The notes beneath the pieces are model-generated. The model was not told the DNA's origin and ran no database searches. It saw only the letters and a list, made by a program, of their open reading frames with translations. This document shows, one piece after another, positions 18,702 to 29,350 of a DNA stretch of 64,000 nucleotides. Origin of the DNA: Planctomycetota bacterium (lineage in GTDB: Bacteria; Planctomycetota; MHYJ01; WSZJ01); the NCBI GenBank assembly GCA_038060895.1, contig JBBTCT010000002.1:64001-128000 (forward strand), read 5' to 3'. The position numbers and the translations under genes are program-made. The stretch's first letter is position 1; every line of letters starts with the position of its first letter.

Positions 18702-20554
18702 CAAGCGCGCATTCTCCGCTCCATTCCCCAGGTCACCAGCAGGAAAGGGCCGACGGACGTGGCGAGCGTCACGGCGAGGAACAGGGCCGCGGGATCGTGC
18801 GGAACTGACAGCGGCGCGCCGCGCTGGAAGATTTCCGTCATCAGCGCGAAAGGCTGTGCATCGCGGAAAAGGGTCTGCGCGCGCGGCCAGGATTCCGCGA
18901 TGAGCGGCGGCACCCCCCAGAGCAGGAATGGCAGTACGAGGGAGAGCGGAAGCGCCAGTCGCTGGCGCCGCGCAAAATAGGAAGCGCAGACGGCGATGCC
19001 CGCGACGGAGGCAACCGTAAGCCCGGCGATCAACGCGAGCACCGGCCCGAGCCACCCGACGTCGATCGTGATGAGCCCGAGGTGCAGAAACGTCACGAGC
19101 CCGATCGGCCACGACTTGAGGAACGCCGCGCGCAGCTTCCCGGCCAGCACGCGGTGGGCGGGGTACCCGGTGTTGAGGAGAAGCGAAAGCGTCCCCTTTT
19201 CGAACTCCGGCGCGAGCGTCGAGGCGCTGTTCAGGGTGACGATGAGCGCGAGCAGGGCCGTCTCGAAGACGATGCCGCCGTGGCTGCCTCCCCACAAGGC
19301 GCCGCGGTCGTAGCCCGGCGAAATCGCCGGGATGATGCAGATCGCCGCGACCGCGGCGGCCCAGTATCCGACGCGCGCGTTCTCGTGCTCGTCGTGTCGC
19401 AGCGTCTCGCGCCAGTAGACCGGATTTCCCAGGATCGGAAGCCGCGGCGTCCAGAGCAGGCCGGGGCCTCGCCCCGGACGCTTCAGCGCCGCGTGCGGCA
19501 ACGGCTTCTCCGGCTCTTCTTCAGCAGGTTCTTTCGGCTTCACTCGCGCCTTCGCCGCTCCCGGCCGTGCGGCGACGGCTCGTCCCTCGTCTTCGCCGGA
19601 GGATCGGGTGTGGGCGGAGAGGTGCGAAGCGATGCGCGGATCGAGAAGTCCTCGCAGGACGATGGCGATGGCGAAGAGATGGACGAACCAGGCGGCCTGG
19701 ATGCGGAAGGTTTTCGGAATGAGGGCATCGACGGCGGCGCGCTTGTAGATGAGCCAGGGACAGAAGAGTTCGAGGAAGAGAGGATCGGCTGGGAGACGGG
19801 ATCCGTAGCGGGTGGGTGGTTTGGAGTCGAAGAGCGAGTAAATGACGATGGCGGCGGCCGTGGCGGCGAAGGCGGCCACGAAAGGCGCGCGGCCTCGGAA
19901 CCAGGCGTAGGCGGCCATGCCGATCAGGAATCCCGCGACGAGGAGGGAGATCCCGGTGTACGCCGGCTTGCCGTAGGCCGTGACGACGGCCCCGAGGATC
20001 CAGGTGACCAGGAACAGGCCGCCGTTGAGGAGCACGGCCGAGCGAGCCGCGTTGGCGCTCTTCGAAGCGGTGATCGAGACGCGGATCGCGATGGCGGCGG
20101 AGAGGCCGGCGGTGAGCGCGATGCCGACGCAGGCGAAGAGGGCGCGATCGAGGCTGATGCCGCCGAAGGCGACGGCGGCGAAGCCGAGGGGGAAGAGCGC
20201 GCCGAGGATGCCGGCGGCCTGGGCGAGCTGTGAGCCGTACTTGCCGACGAGGACGTCCCGTTCCGTCTGCGGGCATGCGAGAAGCAGTTCGAGTGTTCCG
20301 CGTTCGCGCTCGACGGGGATGTCCGTCGCGACGATCGCGGGGACCACGAACAGCGCGAGCGCCATCTCGGCCCACCAGAACACGGGGAACAGGCTCGCGA
20401 ATGCCGCGTCGATCTGTGAAGCCTCCGCGCCCCACGGAACGCTCAATGCGGCGATGGCGAGGGTGGCGGCGAAAAGGACGGAGCGGGTCACGGTGGTGCG
20501 CGGCGCCTGGCCGAGGCGGGTGAGTTCGTGGCGGAGGAGGACGAGGCGTGTCAC
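18701..20554 (-). CDS. ABC-2 type permease (internally duplicated)
   Basis: ERERGTLELL and EFEKGTLSLL; GTG start overlapping upstream stop. Confidence 0.8.
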   Translation of the reverse strand: MTRLVLLRHELTRLGQAPRTTVTRSVLFAATLAIAALSVPWGAEASQIDAAFASLFPVFWWAEMALALFVVPAIVATDIPVERERGTLELLLACPQTERDVLVGKYGSQLAQAAGILGALFPLGFAAVAFGGISLDRALFACVGIALTAGLSAAIAIRVSITASKSANAARSAVLLNGGLFLVTWILGAVVTAYGKPAYTGISLLVAGFLIGMAAYAWFRGRAPFVAAFAATAAAIVIYSLFDSKPPTRYGSRLPADPLFLELFCPWLIYKRAAVDALIPKTFRIQAAWFVHLFAIAIVLRGLLDPRIASHLSAHTRSSGEDEGRAVAARPGAAKARVKPKEPAEEEPEKPLPHAALKRPGRGPGLLWTPRLPILGNPVYWRETLRHDEHENARVGYWAAAVAAICIIPAISPGYDRGALWGGSHGGIVFETALLALIVTLNSASTLAPEFEKGTLSLLLNTGYPAHRVLAGKLRAAFLKSWPIGLVTFLHLGLITIDVGWLGPVLALIAGLTVASVAGIAVCASYFARRQRLALPLSLVLPFLLWGVPPLIAESWPRAQTLFRDAQPFALMTEIFQRGAPLSVPHDPAALFLAVTLATSVGPFLLVTWGMERRMRA

Positions 20555-22446
20555 CGGCGCACCTGCTTTTCGAGCGAGAGCGAAGCGGCCAGGGGCGGAA
20601 GGAGGCCGCAGGCCAGGGTGACCGCGGCAAAGAGCTGCAGACGCAGGAACGCCATGTTTCCGAACCAGCTTGTTTCTTCGAGGCCGCGCAGGTCCTCGAG
20701 CACGACGAAGGGGTTTGTGCCGCCCAGCCAGTCCAGGTGCTGCCACCGGCCCGCGGAAATCGCCGGCACGAACCAGATCGTGACGAGCGCGCCGACGGCG
20801 GCCGCGAACGCGAGGCGGGGCTTGCGCGTTCCGGCGGACGTGCCGACGGCGATGCCCAGGGACGAGAGCGCGGTGGCGGCAACGACGAAGGTGATTCCCG
20901 CGCCCTCGGCGCCGGAGGACAGGATGATGGCGCCGAGCTGAATGGCGACGGGGATGAACACCGGCAGGCACCAGCGCAGCGCGGCACGGGCTTTTCCGGA
21001 CACGATCCGGAGCGCCGGGTAGCCGGTCGAGAGGAGCACCGGCAAGGTCCCGTCGGCGCGCTCCTTTGAAAGCGTCGTCGATCCGGCCGCCAGCGCGACG
21101 ATGGTGACCAGCAGGAGCGACAGGTGGACGTCCAAACGTGTCTCGTACTGTCGCCTCCCCGCTGTTTCCAGCACGACCGCCCCGATCGCCACCATCCACG
21201 CGCCGACGATCGCGGCGGTGCGCAGGCGGTTGAGCGCCGGGAAGCGCGGCCACGACGTCTCCATCCAGTAGACCGGGTCAGGGCCGACGGGGAGGAACGG
21301 ATTGGTCTTGAGAGGGTTCGTGACGTCCGCGCGCGGGTGAAGCGCCAGCGTGACGACGCCTTCGCGATCGGGCTCGATCCCGAGCTCCCGGTCCCGGCGG
21401 CGCCGCTGTTCGCGCCAGGAGGACCTGAAGTGTTCGATGCGCACCTGGCGCTCGGACGCGGCGGCGCGCGAGCCCAGGAGGAGCGAATCGGAACTGCCGC
21501 TGCGCGCCGCCTGGGCGAGAACAGCGATGCTGGCGGCGGCGTGGACGATCCAGACGAGGACGATGGTGTTCCTCTCCAGCGGAAGGGAGCCAAGGGCGTC
21601 GTCCTTGTACGCGAACCAGGGACAACCGGCCGGGAGAACCCAGTCCCAGCCCATCGTAAGGCGGGGAAAATTCATGCCGCATACGAAGGCCGCCATGATG
21701 AGGAGCCCGGCTGCGACGAAGACACAGCCTTTCGGAAACTCAGCGGTCCATTTCCAGCGGAGCCAGATTCCGATGCCCAGCACCGTCGCGAGAACGGCGA
21801 TCGGAACCTCCGACTTTGTCACGAGGACCATCTCGATCGCGGTGAAAAGGAAGAAGCTCGCGACCACGATCACCACGTGCGTCCCGACCGCCGAAGCCAT
21901 CGCCGCCACGGCGCTTCCCCACTTCAGCGAACTTCGCACCGCGATGCACGACGCGAATGTGGCGGTCATGATGATATGAACGCACGCGGAAGCGGCGCGT
22001 TCGAGCGGAACGCCGCCGAGGAGGACGCTGGCGAACGCGACGGGGAAACCCGCGGCGAGCACGGCGATGACGAGAATCGCGTGCGACGCGAGTTTCCCCA
22101 TCACGAGGCGCCCTTCCGGCTCCGGGCAGGTGACGAGCAGGTCCAGGGTCCCCGCTTCGCGTTCCGCCGGAATCGCGGGGGCGACGAGCGCGGGGACGAC
22201 GAAGATGGCGAGCAGCATTTCGGCCTGGAAGAACACCGTGAAGATCTCCGAGCTGCTGCTGAGCATTTCCTGTTTCCCGGCGGCATTCCAGGGCCAGATC
22301 ATCGCGGCGAAGGCGAGGAGGATGGCGACGAAGAGCATGCGGACGAGATGGGGGCGCGGGGCGCGGGCAAGCCGGGAGAGCTCGAAGGCCAGGTGGGGGC
22401 CGCGAAGGAGAAACGAAGAGGGCGCCGTACGCGGGCGGATGGTCAT
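20551..22446 (-). CDS. ABC-2 type permease (internally duplicated)
   Basis: EREAGTLDLL and ERADGTLPVLL. Confidence 0.8.
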   Translation of the reverse strand: MTIRPRTAPSSFLLRGPHLAFELSRLARAPRPHLVRMLFVAILLAFAAMIWPWNAAGKQEMLSSSSEIFTVFFQAEMLLAIFVVPALVAPAIPAEREAGTLDLLVTCPEPEGRLVMGKLASHAILVIAVLAAGFPVAFASVLLGGVPLERAASACVHIIMTATFASCIAVRSSLKWGSAVAAMASAVGTHVVIVVASFFLFTAIEMVLVTKSEVPIAVLATVLGIGIWLRWKWTAEFPKGCVFVAAGLLIMAAFVCGMNFPRLTMGWDWVLPAGCPWFAYKDDALGSLPLERNTIVLVWIVHAAASIAVLAQAARSGSSDSLLLGSRAAASERQVRIEHFRSSWREQRRRRDRELGIEPDREGVVTLALHPRADVTNPLKTNPFLPVGPDPVYWMETSWPRFPALNRLRTAAIVGAWMVAIGAVVLETAGRRQYETRLDVHLSLLLVTIVALAAGSTTLSKERADGTLPVLLSTGYPALRIVSGKARAALRWCLPVFIPVAIQLGAIILSSGAEGAGITFVVAATALSSLGIAVGTSAGTRKPRLAFAAAVGALVTIWFVPAISAGRWQHLDWLGGTNPFVVLEDLRGLEETSWFGNMAFLRLQLFAAVTLACGLLPPLAASLSLEKQVRR

Positions 22447-24371
22447 GAGCGCGACACCTGCTCGACGGAAAGCGACGCGATGACGAAAGCCGCTGCCGCG
22501 ATCGTGACCTGGCACATGAGCCAGAGGGGCAGCCCCGGCATTTCGGGGCGGGACCAGGGACGGTGGCCTTCCAGCGTAATGAACAGCATCCCGACGGGAG
22601 ACAGCCAGCTTCGGTCGGTCTGCGCCTTGTCGAGCAGCTCGAGAAAGAACGGACCCGCCCACAGCGCGATGCCTGCGACGAAGGAACCTGCGACGGCGGC
22701 CCGGGGATTCGGGATGAACGAAGCGACGGCGACGGAAACGAAAGCGAGCGCGGCGATGGACGTCGCGAAAATCGCAAGGGCCGAGAGGCCGTCCTTCGGG
22801 CTTCCGAGGACACAAAGGCCGATCCTGAGAAGGGTCAGCACCACGGGCGCGCGGAGGTGCCAGAGGACCGCCAGGAACTTTCCCAGGACGACGCTTCGCG
22901 CCGGGTACCCGCAACTCAGCAGGATGGCAAGATTCCCGGAGTCGCGTTCCTTCGAGAAGACGGAGGCGCACATCGGCGCCACCACGAGGCCGAGAAAGGC
23001 GAGGTCGATTACGAGGGTCTGGTGGACGCCACGGGACCTGTTTCCTTCGAAGAGGACGAGAAGCATCGGGATCGTCAGGAGGCCACAGATCGAGACGACA
23101 ATCCCGATGAGGCAGCCTGAGACGGGATTCTTCGCGATCCGGACGTCTTTCCAGAGAACCGGGTTGTCCCAGACGGGAAGTGCGGAGCTGGCGGACTTGC
23201 GTCGCTTCCAGTGGGCCTGTTCCGAATCGGCTCCGGCCTGCGGTTTCGCGGCGGCGCGGAGGTACTTCGGCCTGGGGCCGTGAAGCGCGTCGCTGGGCGA
23301 GATGACGCCGGCGTCGAAGAAGTGGACCTTCGACGGTGCGGGCGGCGGCGGCGCGGATCGCGGGGCGGGGGCGCGGACTGCGGAGAGGTTCAGGGGCCTG
23401 CTCGGGGCCGGGCGATCCTCCGGGAGGATCTCCAGGCCGCGTTTCAGGACGATGCGCCGCAGCACGAACAGGGCGACGACGCAGAAAACAAAGTGGGAAC
23501 CCCACGCGAGGTGACGGGCAATCGGGTCGAGAGGATTCTCGAACGCAAGATCGGAAACGGAAGCTCCCCAGGGGCAGAGAACCGCGAGGAACCGATCGAC
23601 AATCGGGGACGAGACCGGGCTTCCTCCCATTCGAAACGACACCTGGATCCAGCCGATCAGCCCCGAGAGGCCGAGAAGAACGGCGCCGACGGCGCCCGCA
23701 ACGCGGACGCGGACCATCACGCCGAGCAGCGCCGCAAGGGCGCCGACGAAAAAGAACCCCAGCATCCATTCCTGGTTTTCCCAGGAGGACCAGAGCGACA
23801 GCGCAACGTAGCTCACGACCGCCCCAAGGCCCGTGATGCTGATGAGCCAGGTGAAGGCCGTCGTCGTGGCTTCCACCGCCGTGCGCCCGGTCACCGACGA
23901 CGCCAGCGCCACCGTGACCGAAAAAGTCCCCATCAGCGCCGCATGCGCCATCGCCATCGCCGCCAGCTTGAGCGGCGCGCCGCCGATCACCATCGCTCCC
24001 ACCGCGAAGGGCGCGCCGGCCAGCAGAAGCGAAAGCCCCCACGCCGCGTGCGACATCCCGCGGCCGAAGACGAGGTCCGAGTCCGACTGAGGGCAGGCCG
24101 TAAGCAGGTCCAGCGTTCCCTTCTCCCGCTCCCCCGCGATCGCCGGCGCCACGAACGCCGGGATGAAGATCGCCGCCGCGATCAGCTCCAGCCACACGAA
24201 CGCCAGCATCATCGAGCGCCCCGCCGTCGGGGACAGACGGAGCCCTTCCCACGGGAAAACCAGTGCCGTGATGAACAGCAGCACCCCCACGAACGCGAAC
24301 CGGACCCCGTGAGTGCGCCAGCCCCGCGCCATGCGGAAAAGATCTTCCCGCAGCATCGTCGAACCGATCAC
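22443..24371 (-). CDS. ABC-2 type permease (internally duplicated)
   Basis: EREKGTLDLL and ERDSGNLAILL. Confidence 0.8.
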   Translation of the reverse strand: MIGSTMLREDLFRMARGWRTHGVRFAFVGVLLFITALVFPWEGLRLSPTAGRSMMLAFVWLELIAAAIFIPAFVAPAIAGEREKGTLDLLTACPQSDSDLVFGRGMSHAAWGLSLLLAGAPFAVGAMVIGGAPLKLAAMAMAHAALMGTFSVTVALASSVTGRTAVEATTTAFTWLISITGLGAVVSYVALSLWSSWENQEWMLGFFFVGALAALLGVMVRVRVAGAVGAVLLGLSGLIGWIQVSFRMGGSPVSSPIVDRFLAVLCPWGASVSDLAFENPLDPIARHLAWGSHFVFCVVALFVLRRIVLKRGLEILPEDRPAPSRPLNLSAVRAPAPRSAPPPPAPSKVHFFDAGVISPSDALHGPRPKYLRAAAKPQAGADSEQAHWKRRKSASSALPVWDNPVLWKDVRIAKNPVSGCLIGIVVSICGLLTIPMLLVLFEGNRSRGVHQTLVIDLAFLGLVVAPMCASVFSKERDSGNLAILLSCGYPARSVVLGKFLAVLWHLRAPVVLTLLRIGLCVLGSPKDGLSALAIFATSIAALAFVSVAVASFIPNPRAAVAGSFVAGIALWAGPFFLELLDKAQTDRSWLSPVGMLFITLEGHRPWSRPEMPGLPLWLMCQVTIAAAAFVIASLSVEQVSRS

Positions 24372-25294
24372 GTCACCTTCCCCTTCGTCAAAGACAGGAA
24401 GGCTTCTTCCAGGTCGGCAACCGCTTCCTTGAACATCGTCACCTTCAGCCCCGCTTTCACCAGCGCGTCGGGGACCAGCGAGATGTCCCGGTCGGGCCTG
24501 TCGAACTCCGCGCGCAAAAGTCCGTCCTCGTTCCAGACCCGCTTCACGCCCTCAATCACCCCCGCCGTGTCCAGCGCCTTTTGCGGATCGGCGGCGACCT
24601 TGAATTCGACGACGAGGCCGGAAGCGGCCATTTTCAGCGCGTCGGAGACGGGGCCCTTGTAGACGAGGCGGCCGGCCTCGATGACGGCGATGGACTGGCA
24701 GAGGTCGGACATCTCGCGGAGGATGTGGCTGGAGACGAGGATCGTCTTTTTCATCTTGCCGAGCTCGGAGATCAGGGCGCGGATCTCGATGCGGGCGCGC
24801 GGGTCGAGGCCGGAAGCGGGTTCGTCGAGGAGCAGGACCTCGGGGTTGTGGACGAGGACGCGCGCGAGGCCGAGGCGCTGCTGGTTGCCGCGCGACATCG
24901 TACGGATGAGGGCGTGCTTTTTCCCGGTGAGGTCGGTGAGCTGGAGAATTTCGTCCACGACCTTGTCGCGGCGGTCGCTCGCGATGCGGTACATCGCGGC
25001 GAAGAAGTGCAGGTACTCCTCGACGAGCATGTCTTCGTACACGCCGAACGTGTCGGGCATGTAGCCGAGCAACCGGCGGACTTCCATCCGGTCGTGCGAC
25101 ACCGAGTGGCCGCCGATCGTGGCGTCGCCCTGCGTGGGCTGCAGGAGAGTCGCGAGCATCCGGATCGTCGTCGTCTTCCCCGCGCCGTTGGGGCCGATGA
25201 ACCCGCAGATCTCGCCCCTTTCCACCGAGAAGTTCAGCCCGTCCACCGCCGTCAGCGCGCCGTAACGGCGTGTCAGTCCCTTGATCTCGATCAC
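24368..25294 (-). CDS. ABC transporter ATP-binding protein
   Basis: GPNGAGKTT, LLLDEP, SSH. Confidence 0.95.
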   Translation of the reverse strand: MIEIKGLTRRYGALTAVDGLNFSVERGEICGFIGPNGAGKTTTIRMLATLLQPTQGDATIGGHSVSHDRMEVRRLLGYMPDTFGVYEDMLVEEYLHFFAAMYRIASDRRDKVVDEILQLTDLTGKKHALIRTMSRGNQQRLGLARVLVHNPEVLLLDEPASGLDPRARIEIRALISELGKMKKTILVSSHILREMSDLCQSIAVIEAGRLVYKGPVSDALKMAASGLVVEFKVAADPQKALDTAGVIEGVKRVWNEDGLLRAEFDRPDRDISLVPDALVKAGLKVTMFKEAVADLEEAFLSLTKGKVT

Positions 25295-27147
25295 GGGGCC
25301 TTCTCCAGATGGAATCGCACGAGAAACAGGGCGCGGGCGGGCGGGTCCTCGCCGATGACGGGGGAAGCGGCGGGGCGGTCGATCCAGCCGGTCAGGATCG
25401 GGTGGTCTTCGGTTCCCTTGGCTCCGCGGACGATGCCGGCCACCGCGTTGTCCACATCAAGTCGGAACCAGTCCATCGCTGCGACCTCGAACCCCTGCGG
25501 GTCGAAGGACTGCTCCGGTCCTTTCTGCAGAGGCACGGTGACTCCCGGCGCGATGTCGCCGAGGTCGCGGGAGTTCGCACCGGCTTCGAGGCGGCAGTGG
25601 CGGAGGATGGCGGGCGCCTGGACGACGAGGCGTCCGCCTTCCGAGCGCACCGAGAAGGACCCCGCCGGCAGGTCCGACGTCGCGGCGATCGCGTACGGGT
25701 CCCAGCCGTGAACCGGCAGCCCGCGCGCCGTGGGGCGCGGGCCCCACGCCATTTCCGGAAGGGCCCCGAAAGGATCCTCCCCGCGCACCGCGCGCCGCTG
25801 CGGCGCGACGGCCGGCCAGAGCCGCGCTTCCGTCGAGCCCGTCGAGATTTCCTGGTCCCCGGACAGCGGCGCGACGACGAGGTAGATTGCGTTCTCCCGG
25901 ATCGCGTCCGGGAAGACGTCGATCGTCCCGACGGCGACGATGTGCGAGTCGCGCGCGCGCGTCCGCGCCGACATCCCCCACGCCGCGGCGCAGAACGCGA
26001 TGATCGCGAGCGGAAGCGTAACCCAGGTCCACGCTTGCCGGCGAAGCGCCTTCAGCACGAAGTAATCCACCGGCCCGATCACGATCAGGTACGCGACGAG
26101 CAGCGCGAAGAACCACCCGAGCGCCACCGTCTTGCCGGCCAGCGCGAGGTTCCCCGCGCGCTTGATGCGCTCCCCTTCGCTCCGGGCGAACTCATCCTGC
26201 GCCGCCCGTCCCGCACTCCGGGCCGCGCCGTACCAGCTGCGCCGCGCGACTTCGCCGCCCTCCGGCGGATCCGCGTCCGCAAACTCACTCGCGCGAAGCG
26301 GCAGCTGGATCTTCCAGAAACTCGCGAGGCCGCCCCAGTCGGCGACCGGGCGCATGAGCGGATCGAAGCCGAGGAAGAGGACCTGGCCCAGCCCTGCCCT
26401 GCCGGAGGCCCCGAAAGGCGCAGGGTCCGTACCCCGGAGTGGCGAGGCGTCCGCGACCGGGAAGGGCGCCGCGAGGGCTGCCGTCAGCCCGCCGATTTCC
26501 GCCAGCGACGTGACTTCCTTCGTCCCCGCAATCGTTACGGGAAGCACGCTCCCCAGCCGCGAGTCCCGCGCCTCCGCCGCCCCGATCCCCGCGCAGACCG
26601 CCAGCACCCCGCCGTCCAGCGTCCTCCGCCGGATCGCTTCCGCGGCGGCGGCCGTCAGCACGGTATTCGGGAAGCGGACGACGACGGCGTCGAACATCGC
26701 GTACGCGTCCGAAAATTCCGGCAGCTCGCCGTCGCTCGCCAGGATGTTCTTCCAGAGTTCGTGCTCCGGCAATCCGAGAGGCGCGTCGGCGATCACCAGG
26801 AACAGGCGCTCGCCGCCGGTCGTCGCCGTGAGGCGGATTTCCTCCTCGAACAGCTTCGTCGTGGCGCGCGCCACGAGGCACTTCATCCGGTACTTCGCCC
26901 GCACCGGCATCCAGAACCCGTGACGGCTCCCCGCGGGGACGACGACGTCGCGGACGGAAGCGGCGCCGTCGCCCTCGATGCGGATGTCGAAGTGCGCTTC
27001 GGCGTCAGGGTTGTTGATCTCGACGCGCACGGCGGTCCAGTAGCCTTCGCGGGCGATGCCGCCGAACGCGGGGCGGACGGTGACCGTGGTTTCCGCGGAG
27101 GCAACGGAAGCCGCCAGCGCAAACCCCACGATGAGGACCCGGCACAC
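25291..27147 (-). CDS. Exported/membrane protein of VWA-ABC cluster (start uncertain)
   Basis: Signal peptide, GLGQV, YLIVIGPVDYFVL..RQAWTW TM pair; paralog of 38127-39992. Confidence 0.7.
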   Translation of the reverse strand: MCRVLIVGFALAASVASAETTVTVRPAFGGIAREGYWTAVRVEINNPDAEAHFDIRIEGDGAASVRDVVVPAGSRHGFWMPVRAKYRMKCLVARATTKLFEEEIRLTATTGGERLFLVIADAPLGLPEHELWKNILASDGELPEFSDAYAMFDAVVVRFPNTVLTAAAAEAIRRRTLDGGVLAVCAGIGAAEARDSRLGSVLPVTIAGTKEVTSLAEIGGLTAALAAPFPVADASPLRGTDPAPFGASGRAGLGQVLFLGFDPLMRPVADWGGLASFWKIQLPLRASEFADADPPEGGEVARRSWYGAARSAGRAAQDEFARSEGERIKRAGNLALAGKTVALGWFFALLVAYLIVIGPVDYFVLKALRRQAWTWVTLPLAIIAFCAAAWGMSARTRARDSHIVAVGTIDVFPDAIRENAIYLVVAPLSGDQEISTGSTEARLWPAVAPQRRAVRGEDPFGALPEMAWGPRPTARGLPVHGWDPYAIAATSDLPAGSFSVRSEGGRLVVQAPAILRHCRLEAGANSRDLGDIAPGVTVPLQKGPEQSFDPQGFEVAAMDWFRLDVDNAVAGIVRGAKGTEDHPILTGWIDRPAASPVIGEDPPARALFLVRFHLEKAP

Positions 27148-27308
27148 GAATCCGGAGACTTCCGAAATCGCGAGACGAAGTCGCTCGAAGGCTCGGCCAG
27201 GCAGAGCCCCGCGACTCGCTTCATCACTTCGCCCATTCACCTCGGCCGAACGAAGCGAGTCGAGGGGCGTCGTCTGGCCGAGTCTTCGAGCGACATCGTC
27301 TCGCGAGT

Positions 27309-29153
27309 TCAAGCGATTCTCCGATGGAAACAGGCCCATTCGACGATGAAGAGCCCGAGCGCCGCGAACGCGAGCCACGGCCAGAGGTCGCGGTTTTCGC
27401 GTCCCGCGTTGGGGGACGCCTGGACTTTCGACTTGCCCGCGCCGAGGGTGACGGGCGGTGTCAGGTTGGATTCCGTCTCGGACAGCAGATTCACGCCAAA
27501 ATCGCGCGCGCCGGCGGAGGATTCGAAGCGGCCGAGGCCGGCGTGGTCGCTCCCTGCCCACACAAAGTCTCCGGCCGCCGAGGCGGAGACCTGCGTTTTC
27601 ACCCCATCGGCGCCCGTGACGGTCGCTTCCGTGATTCCCGGCACGACAAAGCGCGCGGCCCGGCCGGCGATGACCTGCGGCGGCACTTCGGAAGCCCGCG
27701 CATCCGCGACGGCGCGAACAAGGTTGGAAAAGAAAATCGGGAACGAAGGCCGGAGCGGCCAGTCCGATTCACCGGCGCGAAACCCAATCGCGATTCGAAG
27801 CCGCCCGCGCTCGGTCGTCGAGACGATCATCGGCCCCGCGCTTCCCTGCACGAGGATCGTGCCTTCAGGGGGCGGCGTCAGCCGCGCGGCGCGGCCGACG
27901 TGGACGTCGGTGAAGCGGGCAAAGCGGAGCAGCGGGTGCGTCTCGTCCCAGGACAGGACGCGCAGCCGCTCCGTTTCCTCGCCCGGCACGATCCCCGCCA
28001 CGGGTTTGTCCGGCCGGAACCATACCGCATGGGCGTCCGGCGGCGCGTCGAGGGCCGGCCCTTCGCAGATCCACAGGTCCGGCCTCTCCGCCACGAACAC
28101 CACGCGCGGCCGCGTTTCAAGGAAGGCCCTGAGGAAGCGGTTCTCGCCGGCGAGCTGGATCGAGACCTGCCCGGGCGAAGGGAGCCGCGTCCACGCGCGG
28201 TCGTCGGCGGCGAGCGCGTCGGGTTCGTCGAGCGCGACTTCGCAGGCGGCCTCGCCGGGCAGCATCGCCGAGAAGCTTGCGCCGCCGGTTTCGCCGGGCT
28301 CGAGCTCGATCGAGCGCGCCGCGACGGCCTGTCCGTCGATCTTGAGCGACGCGTAGACTTTCTTCTTCGTCAGCGAGAAGTTCGAGACGCCCGCGAAAAC
28401 CGAGTAGGCGTAATGCGTCTTCCCGCCCTCCGTCTTCGACCGCACGCGCCCGTCCGGCTCCGCCACCGTCTCCGCCCGGAACGCCGTGATCCCAACGTTG
28501 TCCGCCGCTTCCCCCGTCTTCACCCACGTCAGCCCTTTTTCCAGCACCGGGTGCGACGGAATTTTCGCGCCCGCCCCGTCCGAGAGCAGGATCACCGCGG
28601 CCCCGTCGCGCTTCTCCACCGCGGCGGCCGCCAGGAGAAGCGCTTCGTCCATCGATGTCTCCGTGTCATGCACGATGAGCGAATCGAGCGTGCGTTCCAC
28701 GGCCGCGCGGTCCCGCGTCATGCCGCACGCGACGCGCGCGGTGTGCCCCGCTTCGACGACCATCGCCTCGTCGCTGTCGCCCATCGACGAGAGCACGCGT
28801 TCGGCTTCTTTCTTCGCGAGCGCGAGCCGCGTCGAAGAGCCTTCCTTCGCTCCCATCGACGCCGAAGTATCGACCACGAGCACCACGACGCGCCCCGGCG
28901 ACGACGTGCGCATGAGCGCCGGGCGGGCGAGGGCGAGGACGAGCAGCGCAAGGAGGAGCAGCTGCTGAAAGAGGAGGAGGTTCGCACGCAGGCGCTGGAA
29001 CGGCGCGTTCGCCTGCAGGTCGCGCACGGCCTTCGTCCAGAGGAGCGTCGAGCTGATCGTAACGTCCTTGCGGCGCAGCTTCAGGATGTAGAGCAGGATC
29101 AGCGGGATGGCCAGCGCGCCGAGCGCCAGAAAGGCGGGGGTGAGAAGGCTCAC
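27309..29153 (-). CDS. BatA N-terminal + VWA domain membrane protein
   Basis: IPLILLYILK..ISSTLLW (BatA); DTSASM; LLSDG; C-terminal LWPWL..EW. Confidence 0.9.
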   Translation of the reverse strand: MSLLTPAFLALGALAIPLILLYILKLRRKDVTISSTLLWTKAVRDLQANAPFQRLRANLLLFQQLLLLALLVLALARPALMRTSSPGRVVVLVVDTSASMGAKEGSSTRLALAKKEAERVLSSMGDSDEAMVVEAGHTARVACGMTRDRAAVERTLDSLIVHDTETSMDEALLLAAAAVEKRDGAAVILLSDGAGAKIPSHPVLEKGLTWVKTGEAADNVGITAFRAETVAEPDGRVRSKTEGGKTHYAYSVFAGVSNFSLTKKKVYASLKIDGQAVAARSIELEPGETGGASFSAMLPGEAACEVALDEPDALAADDRAWTRLPSPGQVSIQLAGENRFLRAFLETRPRVVFVAERPDLWICEGPALDAPPDAHAVWFRPDKPVAGIVPGEETERLRVLSWDETHPLLRFARFTDVHVGRAARLTPPPEGTILVQGSAGPMIVSTTERGRLRIAIGFRAGESDWPLRPSFPIFFSNLVRAVADARASEVPPQVIAGRAARFVVPGITEATVTGADGVKTQVSASAAGDFVWAGSDHAGLGRFESSAGARDFGVNLLSETESNLTPPVTLGAGKSKVQASPNAGRENRDLWPWLAFAALGLFIVEWACFHRRIA

Positions 29154-29217
29154 AGTGGCTGTGATGATACTCCCGGGGGGCCCTTTCCCTCTCGACAGAA
29201 GGTCGTTCTGGCCGGGC

Positions 29218-29345
29218 CGTATCCGCGGCTGTTTCCGCGAAATCAGCCTTTATCCGCGTATTCCTTTGCCGTTCAAATGTCGTTCCATCAAACGCAACAG
29301 AATACGCGGATGAAAGCGAATGACGCGGAAACGGCCGCGGATACG
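29218..29345. repeat. Imperfect 46-bp inverted repeat (CGCGGA family)
   Basis: 29218-29263 pairs with 29300-29345; right arm recurs at 32-70. Confidence 0.85.
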
Positions 29346-29350
29346 ACGCG

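Noticed and set aside
16968-24371. Extended 775-1233 aa ORF calls for the permeases
   Set aside because: Extensions overlap upstream genes in non-coding frames; true starts are the stop-overlapping ATG/GTG codons
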